41,392 nt of DNA, from positions 1 through 41,392 of the forward strand of contig JAIPAF010000001.1 of the NCBI GenBank assembly GCA_021740225.1, in the 5' to 3' direction. The number at the start of each line of letters is the position of its first letter. The stretch's first letter is position 1. A model generated the notes under the pieces. It was not told the origin of the DNA. It did no database searches and saw only the letters and a list, made by a program, of their open reading frames with translations. This stretch comes from Bacteroidales bacterium (GTDB lineage: Bacteria; Bacteroidota; Bacteroidia; Bacteroidales; UBA12077). Positions 19,534 through 31,100 of this stretch are shown here, piece after piece. The position numbers were made by a program, and so were the translations under genes.

Positions 19534-20655
19534 ATGAATCTGAACGATTATCTTAATCCGTTGAAGAACGATTTAATTTTTGACCCTGATGGGGAATTGG
19601 GTAAACAAGTCAATTTTAATCGCGGGAATTTTTCCTTTGATTCTCTCAATAAAGGAGACATTGTAGTTGTTGGAATACCTTACCATATGAACCATCAATT
19701 GGAGTTTACAAAATCCGTTGACCTGGTTAGAAATGAACTGTATTCATTGGCTGCCCATGATTCCAGTGATTGTAAAATAATTGATGCAGGAGATTTAAAG
19801 AGAGGCAAGAATGTAAAGGAAATCCTGTATTCCCTGAAGGAGCTTTTGGATCTTTTAAGGGAAAAAGGGGTGTTTACTTTATTGATCGGGGGTTCCAACA
19901 TATTGAATCTGGGTGTTTTGATGCATTTTGAATCCGTTTGGGGTAAGTATTCCTATACCATTGTGGAACCCTGGTTTTCTTTAGCTGACTATATGCCATA
20001 CGATCTGGTGAATTGTAATCTTCTTAATTATTATAATTTGGGGAGTCAGTCATATTATCTCACTCAAAAACAGCAGGAATGGATAAAAGCAAATTATTAT
20101 GAGACAAACAGGCTTGGCAAAATAAGAGGGAATTTGGGAGAAACGGAACCTTATTTAAGGGATTCCGGGGGATGCAGTATTTCAATCAATGCAGTCAAGT
20201 ATGCCGATGCGCCGGGACAACAAGAGCCCTACCCCAATGGATTGTATAATGAAGAAGTGTGCCAGTTAGCAAAGTACACGGGCCTTGCCAACAACCTGGA
20301 AATATTCGGAGTATTTGACTATTCCCCTGCTAAAGATAGAAACCGGGTTACCGCCAAATTGATCGCTCAGATGCTATGGTTTTCCATTGAAGGATATCGA
20401 CTAAGGTATCAGGAACATCCCTATTCGGATGACCATTTTCAAAAGTTTCTGGTGACCTTTGATGACCGTGAAATAACTTTTTATAAAAGTGAGCGTACTT
20501 CCAGATGGTGGATGGAAGTACCCGGTAAGGAGGTGGCCCGAAACCAGGTATTCCCCTGTAACTTATCTGATTATGAGATGGCATGCCAGCATGAAATCCC
20601 GGAACGATGGCTTCATGCTTATCGAAGATTAAATTTTTACACCGATAAAGGTTAA
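19534..20655 (+). CDS. Arginase/formimidoylglutamase-family protein, metal ligands degenerate
   Basis: Ureohydrolase-like landmarks (D.GDL, LIGGS, APG...PNGL..EE.CQLAKY.G), but the DxHxD and DxD ligand motifs are absent. Confidence 0.75.
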   Translation: MNLNDYLNPLKNDLIFDPDGELGKQVNFNRGNFSFDSLNKGDIVVVGIPYHMNHQLEFTKSVDLVRNELYSLAAHDSSDCKIIDAGDLKRGKNVKEILYSLKELLDLLREKGVFTLLIGGSNILNLGVLMHFESVWGKYSYTIVEPWFSLADYMPYDLVNCNLLNYYNLGSQSYYLTQKQQEWIKANYYETNRLGKIRGNLGETEPYLRDSGGCSISINAVKYADAPGQQEPYPNGLYNEEVCQLAKYTGLANNLEIFGVFDYSPAKDRNRVTAKLIAQMLWFSIEGYRLRYQEHPYSDDHFQKFLVTFDDREITFYKSERTSRWWMEVPGKEVARNQVFPCNLSDYEMACQHEIPERWLHAYRRLNFYTDKG

Positions 20656-20783
20656 TTGATCAATAACAGAGCTACTTTCCCAATAAAAATTTCCTCAATA
20701 AGTAACCTTAACCCAAAAAAAATAGTACAAAGGAATTATATAGGTTATTAACATTAAATGTTGATAAATTGGGGTGAAAAGAA

Positions 20784-20791
20784 TATATTTG
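20784..20791 (+). promoter_or_regulatory. -7 promoter element for the porP-porN operon
   Basis: TATATTTG about 40 nt upstream of porP, with GTTG 20 nt further upstream. Confidence 0.55.
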
Positions 20792-20833
20792 TTTTTTTTA
20801 CGTTAATAATTATTTTGAGGATACACAAGGTCT

Positions 20834-21781
20834 ATGCGAACCCAAGCAATTGTTATTATACTTCTGAGCTTATCTTTGCCGGCGATTGGTCAACAGGACC
20901 CTCAATTCAGTCAGAATATGTTTACCCGGCTTTCATATAATCCTGCCTATACGGGAAGCCATGGAAAGATTTGTGCAACTGCTTTACATAGACAGCAATG
21001 GTATGGATTTGGGGATGGAGCACCTGAAATAAGTGTTTTTAATTTTGATGCAGCCATAAGTCCTTTTGGTATTAACGCCGGTGTCGGCTTATCATTGATC
21101 CAGGATCGGGTAGGATTCAGCAATAACCTGGGCGCCAATCTTTCTCTGGCTTATCGGTTTGAAGTCTGGGATGGCAACCTATCTTTTGGAGCCAATGGAG
21201 GTATGATCAATTATTCTTTAACGCCTCAGTGGGTAATTCCATCGGGCACTTCGGTGCATTCAAGCAATGATCCGGCCATTCCGGAAGAGGTAAAAGATGC
21301 AATGGCCCTTGATCTGGGATTTGGTATTTATTATCATACGGAGGAGATGTATATTGGATTTTCTTCTACCCATCTCAACGAACCTACTTTCAATCCCGCG
21401 GAAGGAGGGGCTACTCCCAAGATAGGAAGAAACTATTACCTGATATCCGGATATAATCTGCCGATACAAGAGACAAAATTTGAATTGAATCCTTCTTTAT
21501 TGGTGCAATCAGATGGGACCACTTCACAAATCAGTTTGAATACTCATATATCCTATAATAAAAAGTTTTGGGGCGGCGTTTCTATAAGAACAGATAAAAC
21601 GCTAACGGGCATGATCGGGGCCAGGTTATTCAATTGGGTAAAAGTAGGTTATTCTTATGACTTAAGTGTTTCAGAACTCAGTAAGTACCATCAGGGTTCA
21701 CACGAGATCATGGTTGGCTTCTGTTTTGATGTAAGATCCGATGAAAGTCCCCGAAAATATAAAAGCATTAGATTTCTATAA
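20834..21781 (+). CDS. porP: T9SS PorP/SprF family outer-membrane protein
   Basis: Signal peptide then QQDPQFSQ, NPAYTG, HRQQW, GYSYD, GSHEI; directly upstream of porK. Confidence 0.92.
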   Translation: MRTQAIVIILLSLSLPAIGQQDPQFSQNMFTRLSYNPAYTGSHGKICATALHRQQWYGFGDGAPEISVFNFDAAISPFGINAGVGLSLIQDRVGFSNNLGANLSLAYRFEVWDGNLSFGANGGMINYSLTPQWVIPSGTSVHSSNDPAIPEEVKDAMALDLGFGIYYHTEEMYIGFSSTHLNEPTFNPAEGGATPKIGRNYYLISGYNLPIQETKFELNPSLLVQSDGTTSQISLNTHISYNKKFWGGVSIRTDKTLTGMIGARLFNWVKVGYSYDLSVSELSKYHQGSHEIMVGFCFDVRSDESPRKYKSIRFL

Positions 21782-21822
21782 TAAACACGAATAACTTTAT
21801 TCTGCAATATAAATTCCACTTT

Positions 21823-23157
21823 ATGAAGAAAGTAACTGTCATTATTGTCCTATTCTCAGTTTTGCTTGGGTGTAGTAAGTATGAAGGAGGTGAACTTACT
21901 GGTGTTCAGGACAGGCCGGATTGGTATGAATCTCAGCCTCATGGAATGGTATTTATCCCCATGGGAAGTTTTACAATGGGCCCGAGTGAGGAGAGTGTTT
22001 CCTGGGCAATGACCACCAAGACGAAAAGGGTTTCAGTAGATGCTTTCTGGATGGATGAAACTGAGATCACCAATAATGAATATCGGCAATTTATCAAATA
22101 TGTAAAAGATTCCATTCTACGGAGAAAACTGGGTCAGCAAATTGAAGCTTTCCTGATTACTGAAGATGAATATGGTAATCCGATTGATCCCCCCCGCATT
22201 AATTGGGAAACGGAAATCGACCCTACCGATGAAGCCCAAAGGGAAATTATCAATTCCATGTATTATGACCAGCAAGACAGACTGTTTGGAGAGAAAAAGC
22301 TGGATACCCGGCAATTGATGTATGAATATTATTGGATTGATTATAACCAAGCGGCTAAAAGATCCAATAAATACAACTATGATACCCAACAGTACGAGGG
22401 TACGGTGGTGAATGCACAGGGCGAGCGCATGGAAATTAACAGCAGGCAGTCATTCATAATGAGGGGTAAAGTCAATGTATATCCGGACACTTTGGTTTGG
22501 GTAAGAGATTTTACTTATTCCTTCAATGAACCTTATACCGACCTTTATTTTTCACACCCGGCATATGATGATTATCCCGTTGTTGGAGTAAACTGGGAGC
22601 AAGCCCGGGCATTCAGTATCTGGAGGACCAGGTATCTCAATGATTTTCTTGCAAGTGAGGGTGAAGGAAAGGTACAGGACTACCGGCTTCCGACTGAAGC
22701 AGAATGGGAATATGCCGCAAGAGGAGGACTTAATTTAAGTCCTTATCCATGGGGAGGACCTTATACCAGGAACAAAGAAGGTTGTTTACTGGCAAATTTT
22801 AAACCCATGAGAGGCAATTATGCTGACGATGGTGCATTGATTACTCAGCCGGTGGGTACTTACCCCCCTAATGAATACGGATTATATGATATGGCAGGGA
22901 ATGTGGCTGAATGGACTTCAAATGCATTTGATGAATCGGGATATTTTTTCACTAATGATATGAATCCGAGTTATCAATATCATGCCACCGAAGATGATCC
23001 ACAGGCTATGAAGCGAAAAGTGGTAAAAGGCGGCTCATGGAAAGACGTTGGGTATTATCTGCAAAACGGTACCAGAACCTATGAATATCAGGATACATCC
23101 AAGTCTTATATTGGTTTTAGATGTGTCAGATCATATCTAGGTGGAAGTGAACAGTAA
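21823..23157 (+). CDS. porK: T9SS/gliding ring lipoprotein PorK/GldK
   Basis: Lipobox LLGC; FGE-sulfatase-like motifs (YPVVGVNW.QA, RLPTEAEWEYAARGG, YDMAGNVAEW, GFRCV); YPDTLVW.RDF. Confidence 0.93.
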   Translation: MKKVTVIIVLFSVLLGCSKYEGGELTGVQDRPDWYESQPHGMVFIPMGSFTMGPSEESVSWAMTTKTKRVSVDAFWMDETEITNNEYRQFIKYVKDSILRRKLGQQIEAFLITEDEYGNPIDPPRINWETEIDPTDEAQREIINSMYYDQQDRLFGEKKLDTRQLMYEYYWIDYNQAAKRSNKYNYDTQQYEGTVVNAQGERMEINSRQSFIMRGKVNVYPDTLVWVRDFTYSFNEPYTDLYFSHPAYDDYPVVGVNWEQARAFSIWRTRYLNDFLASEGEGKVQDYRLPTEAEWEYAARGGLNLSPYPWGGPYTRNKEGCLLANFKPMRGNYADDGALITQPVGTYPPNEYGLYDMAGNVAEWTSNAFDESGYFFTNDMNPSYQYHATEDDPQAMKRKVVKGGSWKDVGYYLQNGTRTYEYQDTSKSYIGFRCVRSYLGGSEQ

Positions 23158-23198
23158 GCATTAAGGTAAATTGTTTTAATTCAAAATTGTAAGGTATT

Positions 23199-24236
23199 AT
23201 GATGAATCTTTCTAAAGTTGTCCAAACAGCCGGGTGGCGTAAATTCATGGCTAAATTGTATGGATGGGGAGCCTCGGTTGTATTGATCGGGGCCCTGGCA
23301 AAATTACAACATTGGCCATGGGCAGGAACAGCACTTATTGTTGGTATGAGCACTGAAGCCATCATATTTTTCTTTTCAGCTTTTGAACCCCTTCCTGAAG
23401 ATTATGATTGGTCTATTGTGTATCCTGAACTTGCCGGGATAGAAGAAGACCCGGAAGAAGCCAGAGAGAGAAACAGGGCCAGAAGGGTAGAAACAGGAGA
23501 CAATTCCGGCGGAGGCAACGGCCAACCCTCCGGCGGTGGAGGAAGCCTGACCAAATTTGATCAGATGATGGAGAATGCAGAGATAACACCAGAACTTTTT
23601 GACAAGTTAGGCGAAGGATTGAAGCGGTTCAATGAAACGGCTGAAAACCTGAATAATGTTGCTAATGCCAGTGTGGCCACCGATGAATACGTCAATAATA
23701 TGCAAGCTGCATCGGAATCGGTGAATTTATTGACCGAATCGTATAATAAATCGAAAGAAGCGCTAAATCAATCCATAGATCAATTAAGTAGTGTCTATCA
23801 AAAATCAGCCAATTCCATTCAGGAATCTGAACAATACACTTCCGGACAGATAAAGGAAAGCGGAAAATATCTGGCCGACAAGATGAGGGAATCCGGTGAC
23901 AATTTAGCGGGTTCATACAACCAGCTATCGGAAAATATTGGATCAAACCTTTCAGAGAGTACCAGGGATGTTAATAATAATCTGGAAGCACTGAATAAAA
24001 ATCTTTCCGCACTGAATTCGGCCTACGAATTGGAGCTAAAAGCAACTAACGAATATGCAAAAGCCGCTCAAAGCTTTTATGGGGAGATGGATAATATGAT
24101 GAATGATCTGAAGGATTCTGCTGAGGAAACAAAGAAATATAAGCAGGAGGTTTCCAAATTGAATCAAAACCTGGCGGATCTGAACACGGTGTATGGAAAT
24201 ATGCTCTCCGCTATGTCTGTAATGTCGAATAGCTAA
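23199..24236 (+). CDS. porL: T9SS motor stator PorL/GldL
   Basis: YGWGASVVLIGAL.KL.HW, TEAIIFFFSAFE (conserved TM Glu), W..VYPEL, C-terminal LN.VYGNMLSAM. Confidence 0.95.
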   Translation: MMNLSKVVQTAGWRKFMAKLYGWGASVVLIGALAKLQHWPWAGTALIVGMSTEAIIFFFSAFEPLPEDYDWSIVYPELAGIEEDPEEARERNRARRVETGDNSGGGNGQPSGGGGSLTKFDQMMENAEITPELFDKLGEGLKRFNETAENLNNVANASVATDEYVNNMQAASESVNLLTESYNKSKEALNQSIDQLSSVYQKSANSIQESEQYTSGQIKESGKYLADKMRESGDNLAGSYNQLSENIGSNLSESTRDVNNNLEALNKNLSALNSAYELELKATNEYAKAAQSFYGEMDNMMNDLKDSAEETKKYKQEVSKLNQNLADLNTVYGNMLSAMSVMSNS

Positions 24237-24258
24237 ATCTAATATTTGAGTTGTTAAT

Positions 24259-25911
24259 ATGGCACACGGAAAGGAAACTCCCAGACAGAAGATGATTGGC
24301 ATGATGTATTTGGTGCTTCTTGCCCTGTTGGCACTGAACGTATCGGCAGAAGTTCTGGATGCATTTCGTCTGGTTAATGAAGGAATAAAAAATACAACCG
24401 AGAATTTTGCCAAAAAGAATCGCGTTACATATAATGAATTCGAACAAGAAGTGGCTAAAAATGAGCAGAAAGCCGGAAAATGGAGGGATGCAGCATTTGA
24501 GGTGAGAGCCCAGGCCGATAGTTTATATAATTTTATGCAAGATTTGAAAGTACAAATGGTTAAGGAGAATCAGGGAAAGGATATAGAACAGAATGAGGCT
24601 TTGGTGAAAGAAGATGGAAAAGTGCAAATTCTTCAGGAACATGTAATAGGTGAAGACAAATGGGATATGGTAACGCGTGTGATGATTGGGGAAAATTTTG
24701 ATGGAAAGGCTTATGATCTTAAAGAAAGGATAAATGAATTCAGACAATTTTTGCTGGAGTATATTGATAAAGAAGATACCAAGATTATAGAAGGAATTAA
24801 TAAAACGTTGGATACCTCTGATCCCCCGCCTACAGAGGGGCACGAGCAAAAAACATGGGAGGTAAAGCATTTTTATGATATCCCTCTGGGTGCCGTACTC
24901 CCCATCATCAGTAAATTTCAATCGGATGTAAGAAATGCTGAATCTGAAGCCATCAGGTATCTGTTCAATCAGATTGAAGCCGGCTCGTTTGCCTTTAATA
25001 AACTTGAAGCCAATGTAATTCCCAATACCAATTATGTTATTCAGGGTAACGAATACCGTGCGGATGTATTTCTTGCTGCAAGAGATACTACGGCTCCTCC
25101 GGAAATTCTTATTGGAGAATGGGATAGTGTACGTCAGGAAGACGGTACTTATGAGATTGAAATGACAAGTGTTCAGGAAACCCTGGAGGTAAAAGGCGGA
25201 AAAGGAAAATTCGTCAGACAGGCCAACCGGACAGGTATGCATGAATGGGGAGGAATCATTAAGTTAATGGGGCCGGAAGGAGACTATATTAAGAAGCCTT
25301 TTAAGCAGGAATTTGAAGTGGCTGAGCCGAATCTGGTCATCTCTCCTACCAAGATGAATGTTTTTTATGTGGGGATTGCCAATCCGGTAAGTATATCCAT
25401 CCCGAGTGTTCCTCCCGCTAAAATTACGCCCAATGTCCGCAATGGAAGTATCTATGAAGTTGGACCCGGCCAGTTTGAAGTAACCCCTGACGATGCCTCC
25501 CGGGAATGCGTAGTTAGTGTAAGGGCTGAGGTGGAAGGTCAAATGCGTTCCTATGGTTCAAAAGAATTTAGGGTTGAGGAATTGCCAACTCCTACAGCCC
25601 AGGTTGCACAAAAAAGCGGAGGTGAGGTTCGCGAAGAGATTCTAAGGGCTCAAAGCGGAATATTTGCAGTAATGGAAGATTTCCTGTTTGACCTGCAATA
25701 TGAAATTACCCGGTATACGATTACTACAACGGATAGAGGGGGTTATGTAAAATCCCTCAGAAAAGAGGGTAATCAATTTGATCAGGAAGTGCGGAATTGG
25801 TTCGAAAATAATTTAGAAAGGGGTCGGAAAGTTAATTTTGAGGATTTAGAGGCTGTTGGTCCCGATGGGGAAGTTAAAAGCTTAAGTCCTATAACATTCA
25901 CGATTCAATAA
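24259..25911 (+). CDS. porM: T9SS motor rotor PorM/GldM
   Basis: TPRQKMIGMMYLVLLALLALNVS.EVL.AF; KMNVFY.GI.NP.SIS.P. Confidence 0.95.
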   Translation: MAHGKETPRQKMIGMMYLVLLALLALNVSAEVLDAFRLVNEGIKNTTENFAKKNRVTYNEFEQEVAKNEQKAGKWRDAAFEVRAQADSLYNFMQDLKVQMVKENQGKDIEQNEALVKEDGKVQILQEHVIGEDKWDMVTRVMIGENFDGKAYDLKERINEFRQFLLEYIDKEDTKIIEGINKTLDTSDPPPTEGHEQKTWEVKHFYDIPLGAVLPIISKFQSDVRNAESEAIRYLFNQIEAGSFAFNKLEANVIPNTNYVIQGNEYRADVFLAARDTTAPPEILIGEWDSVRQEDGTYEIEMTSVQETLEVKGGKGKFVRQANRTGMHEWGGIIKLMGPEGDYIKKPFKQEFEVAEPNLVISPTKMNVFYVGIANPVSISIPSVPPAKITPNVRNGSIYEVGPGQFEVTPDDASRECVVSVRAEVEGQMRSYGSKEFRVEELPTPTAQVAQKSGGEVREEILRAQSGIFAVMEDFLFDLQYEITRYTITTTDRGGYVKSLRKEGNQFDQEVRNWFENNLERGRKVNFEDLEAVGPDGEVKSLSPITFTIQ

Positions 25912-25945
25912 AAGGATTATACCGAATTATTAAATGTAATATACT

Positions 25946-26782
25946 ATGAAACGAATCGCTTTGTTTTTCTTGTTAGGAGCAGTAATTTTTGTGGAAAATC
26001 CTCAAAATAGCCGGGCTCAAAGCGTAGATGATAACGTATATACTAAGAAAAACATTTCAGGTAAAAAACCACTCGACTATGTTTCCGTAAGAGAAGCCGA
26101 TGTCATGTGGTCGAAAAAATTATGGCAGATGATTGACTGCCGTAAACGAATGAATCAGCCACTGTATTACCCTGTGAGGGATATGGAGGAGCGCAAAAGC
26201 CTTATCCAGGTTATTATGCATGGTATCGAAAATGAGGAGCTAACTGCCTTTCGTAGCGATCAGTTCAGGGAAAGGTATACAATAGATGAAATATATCAGG
26301 AAATGGGAGCGGGTGAGGAAACCCAACAGATCCAGCAACCTGATGGAACTACTAAAGATACTGTTATCCAGACGGGAATTCGTTACGATGAAATTAAGCA
26401 ATACATGATCAAAGAACAGTGGATCTTTGATCGCAAATATTCTCAGATGCGTGTTAGAGTTGTAGGTATATGCCCGATCCGTGAATATATAGACGATGAT
26501 ACCGGAGAAAAGAGGAAAAGCCAGGTATTTTGGATCCATTATCCTGAAGCAAGGAATTTGTTAGCCAACTTTGAAATATTTAACCGGAGAAATGATGCCC
26601 AAAGGATTAGTTATGATGACTGGTTCCAGCAAAGGAGGTTCAATTCCTATGTGGTGCAGGAAACCAATGTTTACGGCAACCGAATGATTAATGAATATAC
26701 CACAGGAAAAAATACATTGCTGGAAGCCCGTAAAATACGGCAGGAGATATTTGAGTTTGAACATGATCTTTGGGAATATTGA
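25946..26782 (+). CDS. porN: T9SS ring protein PorN/GldN
   Basis: READVMWSK, NQPLYYP, KEQWIFD, GICP, FWIHYPE.R, FEHDLWEY. Confidence 0.93.
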   Translation: MKRIALFFLLGAVIFVENPQNSRAQSVDDNVYTKKNISGKKPLDYVSVREADVMWSKKLWQMIDCRKRMNQPLYYPVRDMEERKSLIQVIMHGIENEELTAFRSDQFRERYTIDEIYQEMGAGEETQQIQQPDGTTKDTVIQTGIRYDEIKQYMIKEQWIFDRKYSQMRVRVVGICPIREYIDDDTGEKRKSQVFWIHYPEARNLLANFEIFNRRNDAQRISYDDWFQQRRFNSYVVQETNVYGNRMINEYTTGKNTLLEARKIRQEIFEFEHDLWEY

Positions 26783-26799
26783 TACAAAGTCATATTATT

Positions 26800-26831
26800 A
26801 AAAAATCCCGCTCAATATGGCGGGATTTTTT
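26800..26831. terminator. Bidirectional intrinsic terminator between porN and manC
   Basis: AAAAAATCCCGC-N8-GCGGGATTTTTT between convergent genes. Confidence 0.9.
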
Positions 26832-26848
26832 ATTGCATTCCTGTAATC

Positions 26849-27940
26849 TCAGATATATTCTTCTCCCTTGTTTTCTTTAATCTCTTCCACGATCTGCTTG
26901 ATTTCCTGCTCGTCTTTTTTATTGTAGATGATTAGCTTGTTATCCGATTCTACAACAATATAGTCTTTGAGCCCTTTAATAACAACCATCTTGTCATTTG
27001 AGAAGTCCACAATAGAGTCCTCTACATCATATAACATGACATTATTTCCGTATACAGAATTTCCATTTTCATCTTTATGCAAGAATTCCTGAAGTGAACC
27101 CCAGGTACCCAGATCAGCCCATCCAAAACTGGAAGCCAATACATAAACGTTATTTGATTTTTCCATTATCCCGTAGTCAATAGATATGCTTTTGCTTTTG
27201 AAATATATATTTGTAATAACATCCGATTCATCGGGGGTATGATAAATTTCTTCTGCTTCTTTAAAAAGTTGATCAACATCGGGAAGATGTTTGGTAAAAG
27301 CTTTCATAATGGATTGAAGGGACCAGATAAATATTCCGGAGTTCCAGAAGTACTCTCCGCTTTCGTAAAACTTCTTTGCCAGATCATAACTGGGTTTTTC
27401 CGTAAAGGTTTTTACCTTGTAAAGATTCTTATATCCATCAACTTCCTTGTTATTTTCTCTTTGGATATACCCATATCCTGTTTCGGGCCGATGAGGTTTA
27501 ATACCCAGTGTAAGTAAGGCATCGTGGTTTTCGGTAAAATCCAAACCTTCCCGGAGTATCTCAATAAATTGCTCCTCATACTGTATCAGATGATCCGACG
27601 GAGATACCACAATATTGGCTTCCGGGTTGATTTTTCGAATTTTATAATTGGCGTAGGCGATACACGGTGCTGTATTTTTCTTCTCCGGTTCCAGCAGAAT
27701 TTGATTTTCACTCAGTTCCGGAAGTTGTTCCTTAACCAGTTCATGATATATTTCGTTGGTGACAACATAAATATTTTCAACCGGGCTGATTCTGGAAAGC
27801 CTGTCGAAAGTTTGCCGTAACAATGTTCTTCCTGTCCCTAAAATATCCAAAAATTGTTTTGGCTTATTCTTGGTACTCAGAGGCCAGAACCTCGTTCCTG
27901 TGCCTCCGGCCATAATAACAGAGAATGTGTTTGATTTCAT
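26849..27940 (-). CDS. manC: Mannose-1-phosphate guanylyltransferase
   Basis: IMAGG.GTRFWPLS...PKQF, EP..KNTAP, PSDH, ETGYGYI, F.EKP, WNSGIF, SIDYGIMEK, W.DLGTW. Confidence 0.93.
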   Translation of the reverse strand: MKSNTFSVIMAGGTGTRFWPLSTKNKPKQFLDILGTGRTLLRQTFDRLSRISPVENIYVVTNEIYHELVKEQLPELSENQILLEPEKKNTAPCIAYANYKIRKINPEANIVVSPSDHLIQYEEQFIEILREGLDFTENHDALLTLGIKPHRPETGYGYIQRENNKEVDGYKNLYKVKTFTEKPSYDLAKKFYESGEYFWNSGIFIWSLQSIMKAFTKHLPDVDQLFKEAEEIYHTPDESDVITNIYFKSKSISIDYGIMEKSNNVYVLASSFGWADLGTWGSLQEFLHKDENGNSVYGNNVMLYDVEDSIVDFSNDKMVVIKGLKDYIVVESDNKLIIYNKKDEQEIKQIVEEIKENKGEEYI

Positions 27941-28151
27941 AAGTTTTCAGTTTATTTCATTTACATTCAAAAATCAAATTTAAAAGGGGTAAAATTATAG
28001 CAATTATAAACTTTCACCATGATTATTCGTTATATGATTGAAAATTATAATTAATTGGATGGGGTGGTACATCATTTGATGTTAAAATTTATTGATTTTT
28101 AAATATAGCGATTTTTTATTTAATTTGGTTAAAATAAATACACGGAAAATT

Positions 28152-31100
28152 ATGAGATTGAGATTCTTGATTTTTAGTTGGTTTATTGCTTTGATTTTGT
28201 TGGTTATCCCATCTTATTCTCTTGGTCAATATTTTGGACAGAATAAAGTAAATTATGAAAAATTTAATTTTGAAATATACGAAACTCCTCACTTTGAAAT
28301 TTATAATTATCAGGGTACTACTGATGCCATGAAAAGATTGGGTCGTCAGAGTGAACACTGGTATGACAGACATTTTGCCATTTTTAGAGATACCATTACC
28401 CAAAATCCGCTTATCGTTTATAATAATCACCCGGACTTTCAACAAACTACTGTGATCAGCGGACAAATAGGTGTGGGAACCGGAGGTGTAACTGAGGCCC
28501 TAAGAAAAAGAGCTGTCATACCTTTTATGATCTCCAACAAGGAAACAGACCACGTTCTGGGTCATGAGATGGTACACGTATTCCAGTATAACATGGTTAA
28601 GCAGAATGACACACTGGGTTTACAATCCCTTCAGAACATTCCTTTGTGGATGATCGAAGGTATGGCTGAATATTTATCCATAGGACCGGAGGACAACAAA
28701 ACGGCCATGTGGATGAGGGATGCCGTGATACATGATGATGTTCCCTCTATTCGGGAAATGACGCGTAAACCCAATGAATACTTCCCCTATCGGTACGGTC
28801 ATGCTTTTTGGTCGTTTATTACGGGTACGTGGGGAGATGCCATGGTCGAGCCGGTATTACTTGCTACTGCCAAATACGGGCTTAACAGGGCAGTGGATAG
28901 ACTGTTCGGCTTAACTACCGATAGCTTATCCACTTTATGGCAAAAATCGGTCAGGAATACTTATGAACCCTATATAAAAGAAGATACCATTAAACCTGTG
29001 GGGAGAAACATGTTTACCCCGGAAAATTCGGGAGAATTGAATTTGTCACCCGTATTAAGTCCTGATGGTAAGCATATGACTTTCATATCCAATAAGGATG
29101 TGATTACAGTGGATATCTTTATGGCCAACACGGAAGACAGGAAAATAATAAAGAAACTGACCAGTGCAGTCCGGCAGGGAGATATTGACAATTACAACTA
29201 TATCGAATCTGCAGGATCTTTTTCACCTGAAGGCGACCGATATGTAATGACTACCATCGCCAAGGGAAGAAACCGGTTGCTCATTGCCGATATAGAAGGT
29301 GACGATGTGGATGTGACGAATCAGGTCAATATAAAGGGTATTCAGGCCTTTGATAACCCCGAATGGTCCCCGGATGGAGAGAAAATACTGCTGACCGGCC
29401 TAGTTGACGGCCAAAGCGATCTGTATACCTATCATGTGAAAAGTGGCGAAATTGAACAGTTAACCGACGATCCTTATTCCGATCTCCATGCTGCCTGGTC
29501 ACCCGACGGGGAAAAAATTGCCTTCATCTCCGAAAGAGGTTCGGATACCGATTTGGAAAAGCCGGTCTATGGAAAGTACCGATTGTGCACACTGGATGTT
29601 GAGACCGGTAATGTTGAAGTATTACCTGTTTTTCCGGAAAGTGATATTTTGAGCCCTCAATTTTCTCCGGACGGTGAATCGTTATATTTCCTATCCCATG
29701 CTGATGGATATAGAAATTTGTATGAATATGAACTGGAAACGGAAGATGTTTACAGGTTGACAGAGTTTGTAACAGGAATCAGCGGTATAACTGATCTGGC
29801 TCCTGCATATAGCGTGGCAAGTGAAACCGGAGAGATTGCCTATACCCTTTATGGTAATGACAGGTATTCCGTATATATGGCCAAACCGGAAGACTTTGAC
29901 CGGGTCAGGGTTGATAAAAATCTTGCCGATGAAAGTGCTTCTATGCTACCACCCGGAAGAGAAAGGGTACTTAATATTGTTGGAAATAATCTGAAACGTC
30001 ATTCTAACCTACCTGAGACCTCCTTTAGTAAAAAATCTTATGATCCGGAGTTCCAACTGGATTATATTGGCAGTACAGGAGTGGGTGTCGGATCCAGTCA
30101 GTTCGGCACCTATGCTTCCGGAGGTGTTACCGCTCTCTGGAGTGATGTGTTGAAACGTCACCAACTGATAACCAACTTACAGGTGCAGGGTGAAATTTAC
30201 GATATAGGAGGTTATGTATCTTACCTGAATCAGGAGAACCGTTTGAACTGGGGTGGGTCTGTAAGCCACATTCCATACAGGTATTCTTATTATGCATTCG
30301 ATCCCAACGCTTCTTATGATACAGGAGAGGATACCATTGCTGTGAGTAATTTTATCATTGAGCAAACCCGGATATTCCACGACCAATTCTCATTATTCGG
30401 ACAATATCCATTATCGAAAAAACTCCGTTTTGAAGCCGGAGCCTCTATCTCAAGATACAGCTATATGATTCAGCGGATCAATAATTATTATTTAAGGGGT
30501 GTGCCGATTGATAGGGAGAAAAATCGAGTGCCCGAGCAGGAACCTGATCCTTTCTATGTTGGGAATGCGTATTTGGCTTATGTGGGCGATAATACCAATT
30601 TCGGGATTACAGGTCCCTTGGGAGGTTATCGATATCGTTTCCAGGCAGGTAAGATGTTTGCTTCTTATGATATCATCAACACCCAATTCGATTATAGAAA
30701 TTATTATTTTCAGAATCCTTTTAGTTTTGGCATTCGGGCCCTTCATTATGCCCGCTACGGACCGGATGCAAATCGGTTGTATCCTTTGTACATAGGGGAT
30801 CATTATTATGTGAGGGGCTATTCCTACAACTCTTACAACCGGGACCAAACCTATAATCCCAATTATTTAAATTTGAATTCCATGGTGGGGTCAAAAATGG
30901 GCGTGCTCAATGCCGAGGTGCGTTTGCCCTTTAGCGGCCCGGAACGATTGACCTACATACAGTCAAAATATTTTTATACCACTCTTGTTGGATTCATTGA
31001 CGGGGGGTTTGCCACCGAGGATTACAGTAATCTGGCTTTCTCCTGGGAACCCTTGCAGGATAAAAATACGCCGATTTTCAGTATGGGCTTAGCCTTACGC

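Noticed and set aside
21823..23157. Formylglycine-generating enzyme call for porK
   Set aside because: The lipobox and porP/L/M/N context identify it as PorK/GldK, which shares that fold.
24523..25242. 239-aa antisense ORF in porM
   Set aside because: F/I/L-rich composition is what the reverse of an E/K-rich gene produces.
28092..28151. TTG-start N-terminal extension of the Omp85 fusion
   Set aside because: ATG at 28152 gives a normal signal peptide; the upstream part is AT-rich leader-like sequence.
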